Below are positions 28,821 to 40,784 of a stretch of 64,000 nucleotides of DNA, in pieces. Position 1 is the stretch's first letter, and each line of letters begins with the position of its first letter. Origin of the DNA: Octopus sinensis (lineage: Eukaryota); contig NC_042997.1 in NCBI RefSeq assembly GCF_006345805.1, forward strand, positions 110,608,001 through 110,672,000, in the 5' to 3' direction. The position numbers and the translations under genes were made by a program. The notes under the pieces are model-generated. The model worked only from the letters and a program-made list of their open reading frames with translations. It was not told where the DNA came from and ran no database searches.

Positions 28821-30554
28821 GACAGATACGTAGATAAATTATAGATTGATTGATTGATTGACAGACAGACAGTGAGACAGATCCTTTCTCATCCTCCCGT
28901 TGTTATACACTACCTTCCTGCTTTTGGTCTTATTTATCTTTTTATCCCAATATGGCCTATTTTAAATTTTATCTTCGCCAACGCAAAACAAAATATAGAC
29001 TGGTTCCATCCAATTTGGATCGCTTAAGTAAGAGAGGAAGGAATATAAGTCAGTAGAATTAGATAGAGACAGAAAGAGCGAGAGAGGAGTGGGGGTTGAT
29101 TAAGTTAGCATTTGGTGTGGAAATAAAATGTTTCCATATTTTGCTAGCGATGTAGACAATAGACTCGGCTAAAATATAAATCGCAAGCGATTTGATATTT
29201 ACTGAACTGTCGAATAAAGTGAGTGAATAAAAAACTAAATAGATGTCATGGAAGACTATCGAAGGTGATTGACTCCCACGCACTTGGGTCTTAGTTGCGG
29301 CGGTGGCGGCGGGGGAGAGAGGGGCAGTGGCGGGCGGGGGGAGGGGCGGCGTATACAGTCACAGTGTTGTTATTGATGTGGGGGGGATGGACAGGCAGAA
29401 AAGCATGTAGAGACCGAAACACAATACGTGAGGCGGTGGTGATGGTGGAGGCTGTGATAGTTGTGTTGGTGATGGTGATGATGGCAATGAGGGTAGCAGT
29501 ATTTGTTGTCGTGGAAGGAGGTGGTGTTGGTGGTGTTAGTGTTGATGTTGGTGGTGGTGGGGGTAATGGTGGCGGCGGTTCGGCGGAGTGAAACGAAAAA
29601 GTCTGCAGAGAACGAAAAGTAGAGAAAAGGAAGAATGAATAACAGATTGACGGAATGATCGATTAAGCGAATGAAGGAATTAACGAAACGAATTTTGAAG
29701 TGAATAACGGTTGGAGGATGGGAGAAGGTAGGAAAAGTTAATAGGGAGTCTGCGCGGGGGAGGGGGCGGTGAGCATGAGTGTGTGTTAGTGTGAGAGTGT
29801 TGTGTGTGTGCGTGTGCGCGTGAGTGTGTGTGCGTGTGTGTGTATGCATGGTTATGTACGTTCCAGTGTAGGTATATACGCATATGTATACGAGAATATT
29901 TGTGCAAGCACACATCTTATGAATATGTAAGTATATATATATATATATATATAGATATATATATAGATATAGATATAGATATATATATATCAGCACTGCA
30001 TATACATCTGTGTGTGTGTGCGTAGGCGTGCAAATATGCATGATTATGCAAGTTGAGTAATGCTTATACACACATATATATGTACGTAGATACTTTTCAA
30101 CCATGTTTGTGTGTGCACGTGCGACCGTGTGTGTATGGGTGTGTTGCACGTGTGCGTATGTGTATGTATGGATGTATTGTGTGTGCATGTGTGTATGTGC
30201 GTGTATGTATGAGTGTATGGTGTATGAACGTCCAGCTGTTCTCTTTACGTGCACCAGTAATGTAATTCTTTGGTAGAAGCTGCGTGACTCTTGAATTACA
30301 GGTAATCTTCGGTTTCTACAGTAACCCCACACCTCTACACGAAATCCCAAGGTATTGGTCGGCCCAAGGCAATAGAAAATGACAGACGTACTGGTTGCCA
30401 TGTAACAGGTTCGAGCCGAGAACCTTAGGGCTGAGAAGCAAGCTTCGTAACTAGTCAGCTATGCCTGTGTCAACCTAACCACACACGCACATACGCACAT
30501 CATATAAACATATATAGAGACAGCAGACATCGTTTATACAGACATGTTTTTTTT

Positions 30555-30587
<33 letters not shown>

Positions 30588-30694
30588 CATCTGTTTTCTC
30601 TCTTCATTCATTCCTCTCTATAAAAGAGCGTAGGCCCGAAACGTCATAAATTTCTTCCATTTTTTTTTTTTCCCGAGCGCCAAACTAATACACC

Positions 30695-31065
30695 TTGCAC
30701 AAGGCCCGAAATTTTGGGGGAGAGGGCCTATCGATTAGATCGACTTCAGTATGTAACTGGTACTTAATTTATCGACACCGAAAAGATGAAAGGCAAAGTC
30801 GATCTCGGTGGAATTTTAACCCAGAACGTAATGACAGACGAAATACCTATTTCTTTATTACCCATAGAGGGGACAAACAAGGACAGACATAGGTATTAAG
30901 TCGATTACATCGACCCCAGTGCGTAACTGGTACTTAATTTATCGACTCCGAAAGGATGAAAGGCAAAGTCGACCTCGGCGGAATTTGAACTCAGAAGGTA
31001 GCGGCAGACGAACTACCGCTATGCATTTCGTCCAGCGTGCTAACGATTCTGCCACCTCGTCATCT
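30695..31065 (-). mobile_element. SINE family A, dimeric copy
   Basis: Two reverse-complement cores in tandem. Confidence 0.8.
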
Positions 31066-31289
31066 TAATGTGGTGGAATAACGTCATCTTTTATCATTTA
31101 CTCGTTTCCCTCATTTGGCTGCGGCCATACTGGTGCACTGTCTTGAAGAATTTTTTGTTGAATGAACAAGGTAAAGGATGAAAGGTAAAGCCGAGCTCGG
31201 CGGAATTTGAACTCAGAACGTAATGCCAGACGAAATACGGCTACGCATTTCGCACGGCGTGCTAACGTTTCTGCCAGCTCGCCGCCAGT

Positions 31290-31632
31290 AAATAACTGGC
31301 TTCCATACAGAGGCAACATGCCATTAGTATGTTTTTGATGAAGGCGGAGTGGAAGCTGTTTAGCAACCACAAAAGACTACAGGTTGTTTACGGAAATGAC
31401 ACCGTGGACAAGAACGATGTGAATAGACGGACGAAGAAGGTGAAAGTAGAAGGAAACCAATATTGAAGACAAACGATGCAATGGGAACTCTTCAACCGCG
31501 ACGACTGACATGAATCATCAGGGAGTGGACTAATTGATCCGCATGGACGGACAAGTCACTAACCATGAATTTGCTGCACAACTAGACTGTGGTCACAATA
31601 TATTACAACAGATGGTAGATTTTGAGTATCAG
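31290..31632 (+). pseudogene. Decayed mariner-type transposase N-terminal (HTH) fragment
   Basis: Manual translation HKRLQVVYGNDTVDKNDVNRRTKKVK, frameshift, IEDKRCNGNSSTATTDMNHQGVD*LIRMDGQVTNHEFAAQLDCGH, matching the mariner IHxxL..VYG..V.RW / D.PRSGRP / V..LI..DRR.T..EIA pattern. Confidence 0.75.
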
Positions 31633-31635
31633 TAC

Positions 31636-32040
31636 AGCGGCGAGCTGGCAGAATCGTTAGCACGTCGGGCGATATGCGAAGCCGTATTTCGTCTGCCGAT
31701 ACGTTCTGAGTTCAAATTCTGTCGAGGTTGACTTTGCCTTTCAGCCTCAATAAATTAAGTACCAGTTACGCACTGGAGTCGATATAATCAACTTAATCCG
31801 TCTGTCTGTCCTTGTTTGTCCCCTCTGTGTTTAGTCCCTTGTGGGTAGTAAAGAAATAGGTATTTCGTCTGCCGTTACGTTCTGAGTTCAAATTCCACCG
31901 AGGTCGACTTTGCCTCTCATCCTTTCGGGATCGATTAAATAAGTACCAGTTACGCACTGGGGTCGATGAAATCGACTTAATCCCTTTGTCCTTGTTTGTC
32001 CCCTCTATGTTTAGCCCCTTGTGGGCAATAAAGAAATAGG
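31636..32040 (+). mobile_element. SINE family A, dimeric copy
   Basis: tRNA-like head followed by two tandem cores. Confidence 0.85.
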
Positions 32041-32499
32041 AAGCCAGTTATTTACTTGCAAAAAAAAAAAAGGGGGAAGGAAAAAAAGACAGGAAAAATT
32101 ATTACTGGCATTCTGTCTGTTACGACGCCAAAAAATCCAGTTGGTCCGAACAGCTAGCTCGTGAAATTAACGTGCGAGTGGCTGAACACTCCACAGACAT
32201 GCATGAACTCTTAATATAGTTCTCAGGGAAATCCAGCGTGACACAGAATGGAACAAGGCTGGTTCCTTTGAATTACTCTTTTACTCTTCTGCTTGTTTCA
32301 GTCATGTGACTGTGACCATGCTGGAGCACCACCTTTTTTAGTCGAGCAAATCGATCCCCAGAGCTTATTCTTTGTAAGCCTAGTACTTATTCTGTCGGTC
32401 TCTTTTGCCGAACCGCTAAGTTACGGGGACGTAAACACACAAGCATCGGTTGTCAAGTGATGTTGGTGGGGACAAACATAGACACACAGACACCCCTCC

Positions 32500-32538
<39 letters not shown>

Positions 32539-33496
32539 ATATAATATATATATATATATATACATATATACGACGGGCTTCTTTCAGTTTCCGTCTACCA
32601 AATCCACTCACAAGGTTTTCGTCGGCCCGAGGCTATAGTGGAAGACACTTGCCCAAGGTGCCACGCAGTGGGACTGAACCCAGAACCATGTGGTTCGTAA
32701 GCAAGCTACTTACCTCACAGCCACCTCACTTTTTGCCAGCTGAGTGGATTGTAGCAACGTGAAACAACGCACTGCTGGTATTCGAACCCAGCAGTACCCT
32801 AACCACTAAGCCACGCGCTTTCACATGAAGAAGAGTTGTTACTATGGAGGAAAAGTGACTTTACCGACTCAGGTAATTTGAACGACATACATGTCAGTTA
32901 AAAACGGTTAAACCCAGTTTTGCATTTCTTTCGTTACAACCCGTGTAGCATGCATTCTGATTACGTTGCAGATGAAAAAGAAACATCGTAAAAATTAGAT
33001 GAAACCAGATAAAAGAGAAGCAATAAAGTTTATTGTAAGTAAGGAAGGGAGATAGACGAAGTGACGAGTAATAAATAGAAACTGGCGGAAGAGAAAGCAT
33101 CAAGATAACAATGATTATATAACAGAGTAACTGATATTTTGACAGAGACGGATGAGGGTAAAACATAATCTGATTGCATCTTATATAATCTAATTTATGG
33201 AATTATCGGTCTGTCTGTGCAATTCCGTCCGGATCTACAGTGTAATCTGAAAAAAGCTAACATCGCTTAAACCGGGGAAACCAAACCGGGGGAACAGACG
33301 TGAACTGACGACGGGTCATTGTGGTTTCTTTTCCTTTGTTTTGCGTTTTATTTTTGTATATTTTTGTACAGAAGTTCTTCAAGGATTTGATGTCGCTAAT
33401 CTTTCATGTGTGTGTGTGTGTGTGTGTATACGTGCGCATGTGCGGGGGGGGGGCGTGTGTGCGCGCGCCTATGCGTGAGGTGTGCTGGATTGAGCT

Positions 33497-33528
<32 letters not shown>

Positions 33529-33547
33529 CAGAAGTCATACATACATA

Positions 33548-34609
33548 CAGGGCCGAGCCTAGGGTTGCTGATAGTTGTGGAAATTTCCGGATCTTTTCCT
33601 TTTGAACGGCACATGTCAACACAATTTCTAGTTAACTAAACACTTTAAAACTTCGTATACTGGTAGAATGTGTCAAAATAAAACATTTTTTTCTTGGCTT
33701 TCTTGAGAAAATTGTAATTCGTTTGTTTGACGTAGTTTAATTTTTCGAATTTTAACCAATCAATTGCCTCTAATTGAGCTAAAATCATTTGCTGCGTCGA
33801 AAACTGAGACAACATCCTGTCACTAACCCTAACCCTCACCCTCATCCTCACCCTAACCCTAAATTTTAGCCTTTCGTTTTTTTTTTCTTAATTGTTAAAT
33901 TAATTTAAGGATAACAATTAAGAAAAAAAGAAAACGAAAGGCTAAAACGAAAGCAATGGAAAATAATTTAAACAATTAACAAACAAAATAATTCTATAAT
34001 TTTATACACACGCTTTCCGTACGTATACATAACGAAAGGCTAAAACGAAAACAAAAGCTCAAAACAAAACCAAAACGAATAATTTTAGACACACGTGTAA
34101 CAATTAAATTAATTTAACAATTAAGAAAAAAAAATTTAGGGTGAGGGTTAGGGTTAGTGGACAGGATGTTGTCTCAGTTTTAGACGCAGCAAATGATTTT
34201 AGCTCTCTAGAGGCGATTCATTGGTTAAAATTCGAAAAATTAAATTACGTTAAACTTACAAATTACAATTTTCTCAAGAAAGCCAAGAGAAAAAAATGTT
34301 TTATTTTGGCACATACTACCAGTATGCGTAGAATGTGCCAAAATAAAACATTTTTTCTCTTGGCTTTCTTGAGAAAATTGTAACTAGAAATTGTGTTGAC
34401 ATGTGCCGTTCAAAAGGAAAAGATCCAAATTTCCTTGTCTTTGTCACGTCCTCCTTGGCGCCCCCTTGCATATGGTACCCCCTAGCATATGGTACCCCCT
34501 AGCATATGGTACCCCCTAGCATATGGTTCCCCCCCCCAGCATATGGCACCCCCTATCATAGGGCGCTCCGGGCGACTGCCCGAGTTGCCAGTACTTTGAG
34601 TCAGCCCTG
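33548..34609. mobile_element. hAT-like non-autonomous DNA transposon, host of a nested insertion
   Basis: Imperfect TIRs CAGGGCCGAGCC / GAGTCAGCCCTG; 8-bp TSD CATACATA (33540-33547) / CATACACA (34610-34617); subterminal 17-bp repeats GCATATGGTACCCCCTA x5 at about 34468-34555. Confidence 0.6.
33589..34426. mobile_element. Foldback/MITE with long TIRs (GG..CC termini, 8-bp TSD; Merlin- or Mutator-like)
   Basis: Perfect terminal IR GGATCTTTTCCTTTTGAACGGCACATGTCAACACAATTTCTAGTTA; TSD AAATTTCC at 33581-33588 and 34427-34434; arms about 270-290 bp. Confidence 0.9.
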
Positions 34610-35544
34610 CATACACACAAACACACAAACGTACTGAGACACGCAAGAACAAGAGGATAACTATGGACAACTGCTTCAACCCTCCAGCTTCTACAGCCGG
34701 ATTTATAAATTCACATTTATTCACCAATAATCACCGTGATCACCGTGACCGACCAGGCTATCAGATGTTGCTACACATCGCTGGTCACAATGCGCTTCGC
34801 ATTGTTTTAGCCTTCAAATGACGCCACCCCGCTGGCTAAGCGAGCAGGTCAACTGAAGAAAGAGTGCGATAAAGTTGCGGCGAAAGAGTACAGCAAGGAT
34901 CGCCACCACCCCTGCCGGAGCCTCGTGGAGCTTTATGTGTTTTTGCTCAATAAACACTCACAACGCCCGGTCTGGGAATCAAAACCGCGATCCTACAACC
35001 ACGAGGCCGCTGCCCTAACCACTGGGCCATTGCGCCTCCATGTTTATACCAATAATAACTGGTGGATTTGTTTTGTGAGTAAATACCTTTGTGACAATCT
35101 GGATAAGCTAGGATTTTCAGAGAAAGAAATTAGCCACGCATAGCGTACATTACGAAGACAATCTCTAAGTGGAACTTAGAATATACAAGACTTCCGCATT
35201 AACTTTCACACTCGCGCTCCCGGCTATAATTAAGATGAATTCCCAAGTGTCGTCTGATTGTAGCATTATGTGTGTTTGGTTGATTCATCCAAGGTTGACA
35301 TGATGTACGAATATGTATGTATGCACGTGCGTGCGTACGTACGTGTGAGTGTGTGTCATTATTGTTTTATTTCAAGATGTCTTGTCAATAGAGAAAGAGC
35401 CAGTTTTTAACCCAGATCCATGGCTCCTTCATTGGAATTTCAACAACATCAACATGGTATTTTTGTATGTATATGTGCAGATTTGTTTGTTTTTTTATGT
35501 ATTCTCATGCATAGAGTTGTATATCTGGATACGCTCGTATATAT

Positions 35545-35780
35545 TTAAATGATAAACTTCTGGAAAGTTTTACAGATTTTTACAGTTCCAGTAATGGAAT
35601 GGATCTGTAGTCTTCGAATCAGCTTTCTCCTTTCTGGTTTTGAGAAGCCTAATTTTTCTAGATTGGTATTTAGGCAGTGTGTTTACATATCCCAGTGCTT
35701 CAATAATTACTGGTATAAACCTGAACTTGTAATCTGGATAGAGTAACTGCAAATTTCTCATTAGTTCAGCGTAGGTATGT
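35545..35780 (-). mobile_element. 3' fragment of an RLE-type non-LTR retrotransposon
   Basis: YAELMRNLQLLYPDYKFRFIPVIIEALGYV C-terminal RLE motif; paralogous to 35869-36050 and to a + strand remnant at about 35060-35180. Confidence 0.65.
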
Positions 35781-35868
35781 ATGTCTCTTCTATTTTGTTA
35801 ATTATTATAAATCTTCCACCGAGGAGGGAGTCAGGTTTCCAACAAAGATGCAGTTAACACAGACTAAT

Positions 35869-36050
35869 TCACATTTGGAACTTGAGAAAAGTCCTGCGTA
35901 TTTTTACTGTTCCACTCGCAGATTGCACCTGTAATGTATGAATTAGTTGGTCGATTTCTCTTTCTGAAAATCCCAGTTTATCCAGATTCTCCTCTAAGCA
36001 TTTACTAACAAAACCTAGTGCTCCAATTATTATTGGTATGAATATGAATT
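35869..36050 (-). mobile_element. 3' fragment of an RLE-type non-LTR retrotransposon
   Basis: FIFIPIIIGALGFVSKCLEENLDKLGFS..LQVQSASGTVKI.RTFLKF, the P...GALG motif at the end of RLE domains. Confidence 0.7.
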
Positions 36051-36386
36051 GTGTGTGTGTATGTATGTATGTGTTTCCTAGGTTCTTGCCCAAAATTCGA
36101 ACCCTAACCTGCATTTTTCTGCAAGTTCCCTTCCTGTTGTTCTCAACTTTTTCACTTAGAAATTTATGAGAGTCAACTGTCACACTTGGTTAAGTTTTAT
36201 TGTTTCAGTGAGCATTCTTGGGTTAAATACACTTCAACAAAAAAAAAACATTACTTCTTATTGTTCTCTGACCTACAACCAGCTTTCCAACATATATAAA
36301 TACAGTAACCAGATTCGATTCTACCTCTCTTCGCTTGGCCCTAGACCAAAGGAGCACTTCACGTATGGCCTGTTATCGTGTAAATA

Positions 36387-36890
36387 CCGTAAATCCTCGA
36401 GTATAATCCGCAATTTTCACCCAAAATTTAAAGGTCAAAATCCTTAGTGCGTACTATATACGAGGTTAAAAATGGAAGTTATTTTCTAAGCAATGTCCGA
36501 GTCTCTATTTGCTGTCCGGCAATGTTTAATCAGACGCATTTTGTGATGTCGGGCGCGAAAATATCTTAAGCTAAGCCAGAAAGCAATGAAGTCATAAAAG
36601 AATCATCCATAACTTGCAGTAAGCAACATTTATTAAACGTTATTACTGTTATTACTGTTATTTCTTTATTTTCTGCAAACAAAATGCACAAAAAAGCTAC
36701 ACGTTTGCATTATGTTATATATACAATAATAATAAAGGACGTTACCGTATACATTTTTACAAACCAAGGACGTTATATAGACCTCTTTGACTCAAGTTAG
36801 AAAAGGGGTGCGTATTATACACAAGGTTTAAGTTTTTCAGATGTACAGCCCCCTAAAAATCCCTTGCGTATTATACTCAAGGATTTACGG
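36387..36890. mobile_element. Tc1/mariner-superfamily (Tc2/pogo-like) MITE, copy 1
   Basis: TA-CCGTAAATCCTCGAGTATAA ... TTATACTCAAGGATTTACGG-TA; internal repeats TGCGTA.TATA.ACNAGG. Confidence 0.85.
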
Positions 36891-37507
36891 TACATAACTT
36901 TCACCCTTTCTACTTGTCAATACAGTGATGTAGATTCTTTTATTCGTTTCCCCTCTCTTTCATCCGTTCTTCTAGCAGTCAACAAAAGATGAATTTACCC
37001 ACAGAATGAATAAACAGAACGGTAAATATTCTATGACAATCCTAAGAAGTTGTATCTTACATTGAAACTATGAAAAATAAAGGGCCATTTCAACTAATTA
37101 TATATTTTCTTCCGCTCATTTATTTGCTACATATAAACCCTTTTTATAGACACACGGCCTGAAATTTGGGGGAAGGGTACTACTAGTCGATTACATCAAT
37201 TCAGTGTATCACTGGTACTTAATTCATCGCCCCCCCCTCCACCGAAATGATGAAAGGCAAAGTCGACCTCGGCGGAATTTGAATTCAGAACGCAGTAGCA
37301 ACGGGCGAAATATCGCTAAACATTACATCCAGCGTGCTAATGATTCTGCCAGTTTCCCCCGCCTTTTTTGCTACATATAAATTGTTACAATTTTGGTCGC
37401 CCCTTGCTACATTTAATCGTTACATATGTATGTATATCTACTTATGTGTATGTGTATGTATATGTGTGTGTATGCGAGTTTGTGTATGTGTATGTATCGA
37501 TCGGTAT

Positions 37508-37592
<85 letters not shown>

Positions 37593-37617
37593 TAGACAGA
37601 CAGACAGACAGATAGAC

Positions 37618-37684
<67 letters not shown>

Positions 37685-40239
37685 CCGACAGACAGACAGA
37701 CGACTGACAGAAAGATAGATCAGAAGAGATGTTATACGTTATGTAAAAGTGAAACACAACAAATCCATTTTGTAAAAGATTTAATTCTGAATAAGAATCT
37801 GGAGATAAAAAAATATTTAATTAACCATTTTAAATGTTTCCCATAAAAGATAAAATACTCCAAGCTTTTTCGACGTTTAAAGCGGTGTTTGTATGGGTTT
37901 GTGTTTGTGTGTGTGTGTATATTGCTCACAGTTTTTTAAAAAGAACATCTCCCTTTCGGTATTCGTCTAGAGTGTCATTCACCCTATTTTTCAGCCAAGT
38001 TTCTTTATCTGTCATAAGAAAACGTTGTGTTGGGAAATGACGTCGTCTACCAATACCGAAGGACTGCCAAAAGTTCGTCTACATAACATTCTTTTATGCG
38101 AGGTAAATGTAAGACAAGTTCCAAATTTTGGCTTGATTTTTTTAGCTTTCGCTTGGATTTTTTAATAAAATTCTTGTTCGGACAGACTGTGTTGAAAAAC
38201 GACTCTAAGACCATAACATGAACTTTCACGATGTCGTTTGTGATTTAAAGACATTTCAAGCAGCGAAGAATCGTTGAACAGCGAATCACTTGCAGCTGAG
38301 CTGAAACTACATAATGAATGCGATATTGGAAAAGAACGACGCCCGAGAAAGAATAAATATCTCGTGGAAAATCCAAGGATTTAAATGTGAAAGAAGAAAT
38401 GATGAGCATAATTTTTTCCACTCTAGGCACAAGGCCCGAAATTTTAAGGGAGGGGCCCAGTCGATTAGATCGACTCCAGTATGCAACTGGTACTTAATTT
38501 ATTGGCCCCGAAAGGATGAAAGGCAAAGTTGACCTCGGCGGAATTTGAACTCACAACGTAGCATCAGAGGAAATATCTATTTCTTTACTGCCCACAAGGG
38601 GCTAAACACAGAGAGGACAAACAAGGACAGACAAACGGATTGAGTCGATTATATCGACCCCAGTGAATAACTTGTACTTAATTTATCGACCCCAAAAAGG
38701 ATGAAAGGCAAAGTCGACCTCGGCGAAATTTGAAATACGGCTACGCATTTCGTCCGGCGTGCTAACATTTCTGCCAGCTCTATATCTTAACAATCGCTAC
38801 AAACGTTGGTTTTTAAAAAAATTTTATTTTATTTTCTACTCACGCTTTAAATTATATTAAGAGATGGAGACACGAACAGACAGGGAAAGTTAGCAAAAGA
38901 TGTGCAAGGTGAATGCACATACTAGGCTTAGCGGCAGGCAATGAGTAAAGAAAGACTAGGCATGCGCACGCACACACACACACATAGATAGGAGATACAA
39001 AAATTCGCGAAGTCAGAGAAGGAGTAAATAAATGATTATGGGCTGGGGGTTGTACAAATGAGAAAATTGCTTTATTTGACTTTCAGGTAATAGACATTTT
39101 TCTTTTGAAAACTATTATTTTCATCAATTCATATAAGCCCCCAAAAACTTTCTGATATTAACCGTAATGGCATAAGTATACTTCCAACGTTATCTGTTAT
39201 GTAACTCGAGAACATATTTTGTAGCGATGATTCGAAACCGAACCAATAGGTAACCGATCAGACATCACAATCAAACCACAGCAGTTTCACAGGATCAGCC
39301 TATCAAGCAACCAGTCTGCGTCAAGCTGTCATGTGACTCAATGTTCAAGAATCTTCTTGTGTCTTATAAAAAACCGTTTTGGCGTTAATTTATTGCAGTG
39401 TTGGAAAGGCGGCTGAGCGATATACACCTCCAATCAGCGATCCACGCAGATCGCTGAGACCGGTCGATCATTCATACGTCTCACCTTTTGCCATGTAGAG
39501 TGTTGGAAGGCGGCTGAGCAACCTGTTCCCCACTCTAGCCAGACAGCCCACGCAGATGGTTAACACAGATTGCAGAATGTTGGGGCAGCTGTGCATTGTG
39601 GCTCCATTCTTGTCACAGCCTGACGGCAAAGACAGAAGATAATCTGTCACAGCCAGACGGTAAAGACAGATGATTGACAGGAATCTCCATCGTCACGAAT
39701 ATAGCACAGTAATTTTCCATTTATGATGAGCCAACCACAGATTGATGTATCAGTTAACTTGTCGTAAATCCCAAGCATTATGTCTTTCCCGGTATATAAT
39801 TATTGCTGTTAGTATCTGTAAAAAACCAACATAATAATAAAATCTTCTGTTAATTGTTCACGAATGTTGCTAGTTACTTCTACGCGCAGCCAAAGAAATT
39901 CATTTTCATTCAGTAACTCACTTAGTCAACCACAGCGCCAGCAACAAACACGATAATCCAATAAAAAATGTTGGTTGGTCGGTCGGTCGGTTGGTTAATT
40001 TCTCCATTCAGCGCTTTACATGGTATAAAGAGAGGGGGAGAGAGAGTAGAAGAGAAAGGGAGTTAACAAAAGGTGCAGGATGAATGCACATACTAGGCTT
40101 GGTGGCGGGAAATGAGTAAAAGAACACGGAGACAGACACACAGTGAAATAAAAGAAACAGAGACAAAGTAGGAGGAAGAGGAAGAGGAGGAGAGCTAAAG
40201 ACAGAGTAGTTATGGTATATGATTATACAGAAAGGCGAA

Positions 40240-40630
40240 GATGTGGCTGTGTGGTAAAAAGTTTGCTTCCCAACCGCATACTTTCAGGTTCAGTCCCACT
40301 GCGTGGAACCTTGAGCAAGTGTCTTCTGCTATAGCCTCGGGCCGACCAAAGCCGTGTGAGTGGATTTGGTAGACGGAAACTGAAAGAAGCTTATCCCATG
40401 TGTGTGTGTGTGTGTTCACGCGCGCGCGCATGTGTGCGTGCGTATCCGTCCTACCTCCGCTTGACAATCATTGCTGGGTGTGTTTACATCCCCGTAACTT
40501 AGCAAGTTCGGCGAAAGAAACCGATAGAATAAGTCTCGGGCTTTAAAAAAATAAGGACTGGAGTCGATTCGTTCGAGTTGGTGCCCCAGCATGGCCGCAG
40601 TCTAATGAATGAAACAAGTAAAAGAATAAA
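40240..40630 (+). mobile_element. tRNA-derived SINE, family B (internal (GT)n)
   Basis: A-box-like TGGCTGTGTGG, B-box-like GGTTCAGTCCC, body CCTTG.GCAAGTGTCTTCT..GCCGACCAAAGCC..GTAGACGGAAACTGAAAGAAGC, tail GAAACAAGTAAAAGA. Other approximate copies at 2350-2515-, 2670-3015-, 11190-11670-, 22970-23485-, 32278-32725-, 42475-42935-, 46346-46625+, 48715-49075+, 63255-63405+. Confidence 0.8.
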
Positions 40631-40677
40631 AGAAAAGAATATCACATTTCCATCTGGCTCCTCACTCCTCGTTCCTC

Positions 40678-40712
<35 letters not shown>

Positions 40713-40746
40713 ATTCCTCTTTCTCATCCCACCTATGCTTTTCTCT

Positions 40747-40784
40747 TTCTTCTGATGAAGGACTAACGTCCGAAACATAAGGAA
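40747..40784 (+). ncRNA. Minimal type I hammerhead ribozyme motif
   Basis: TTCTT-CTGATGA-A-GGAC-TAAC-GTCC-GAAA-CATA-AGGAA: perfect stem II and a stem I with one G-U pair; CATA is probably CpG-decayed CGTA. Confidence 0.65.

Noticed and set aside
29370-30401. 343-aa minus-strand ORF
   Set aside because: Mosaic of SINE remnant, (CA)n/(TA)n and trinucleotide repeats with no domain signature
33822-34157. Telomere fusion site (CCCTAA and TTAGGG blocks)
   Set aside because: The blocks are short, oriented opposite to a head-to-head fusion, and lie within the arms of a TSD-flanked transposon
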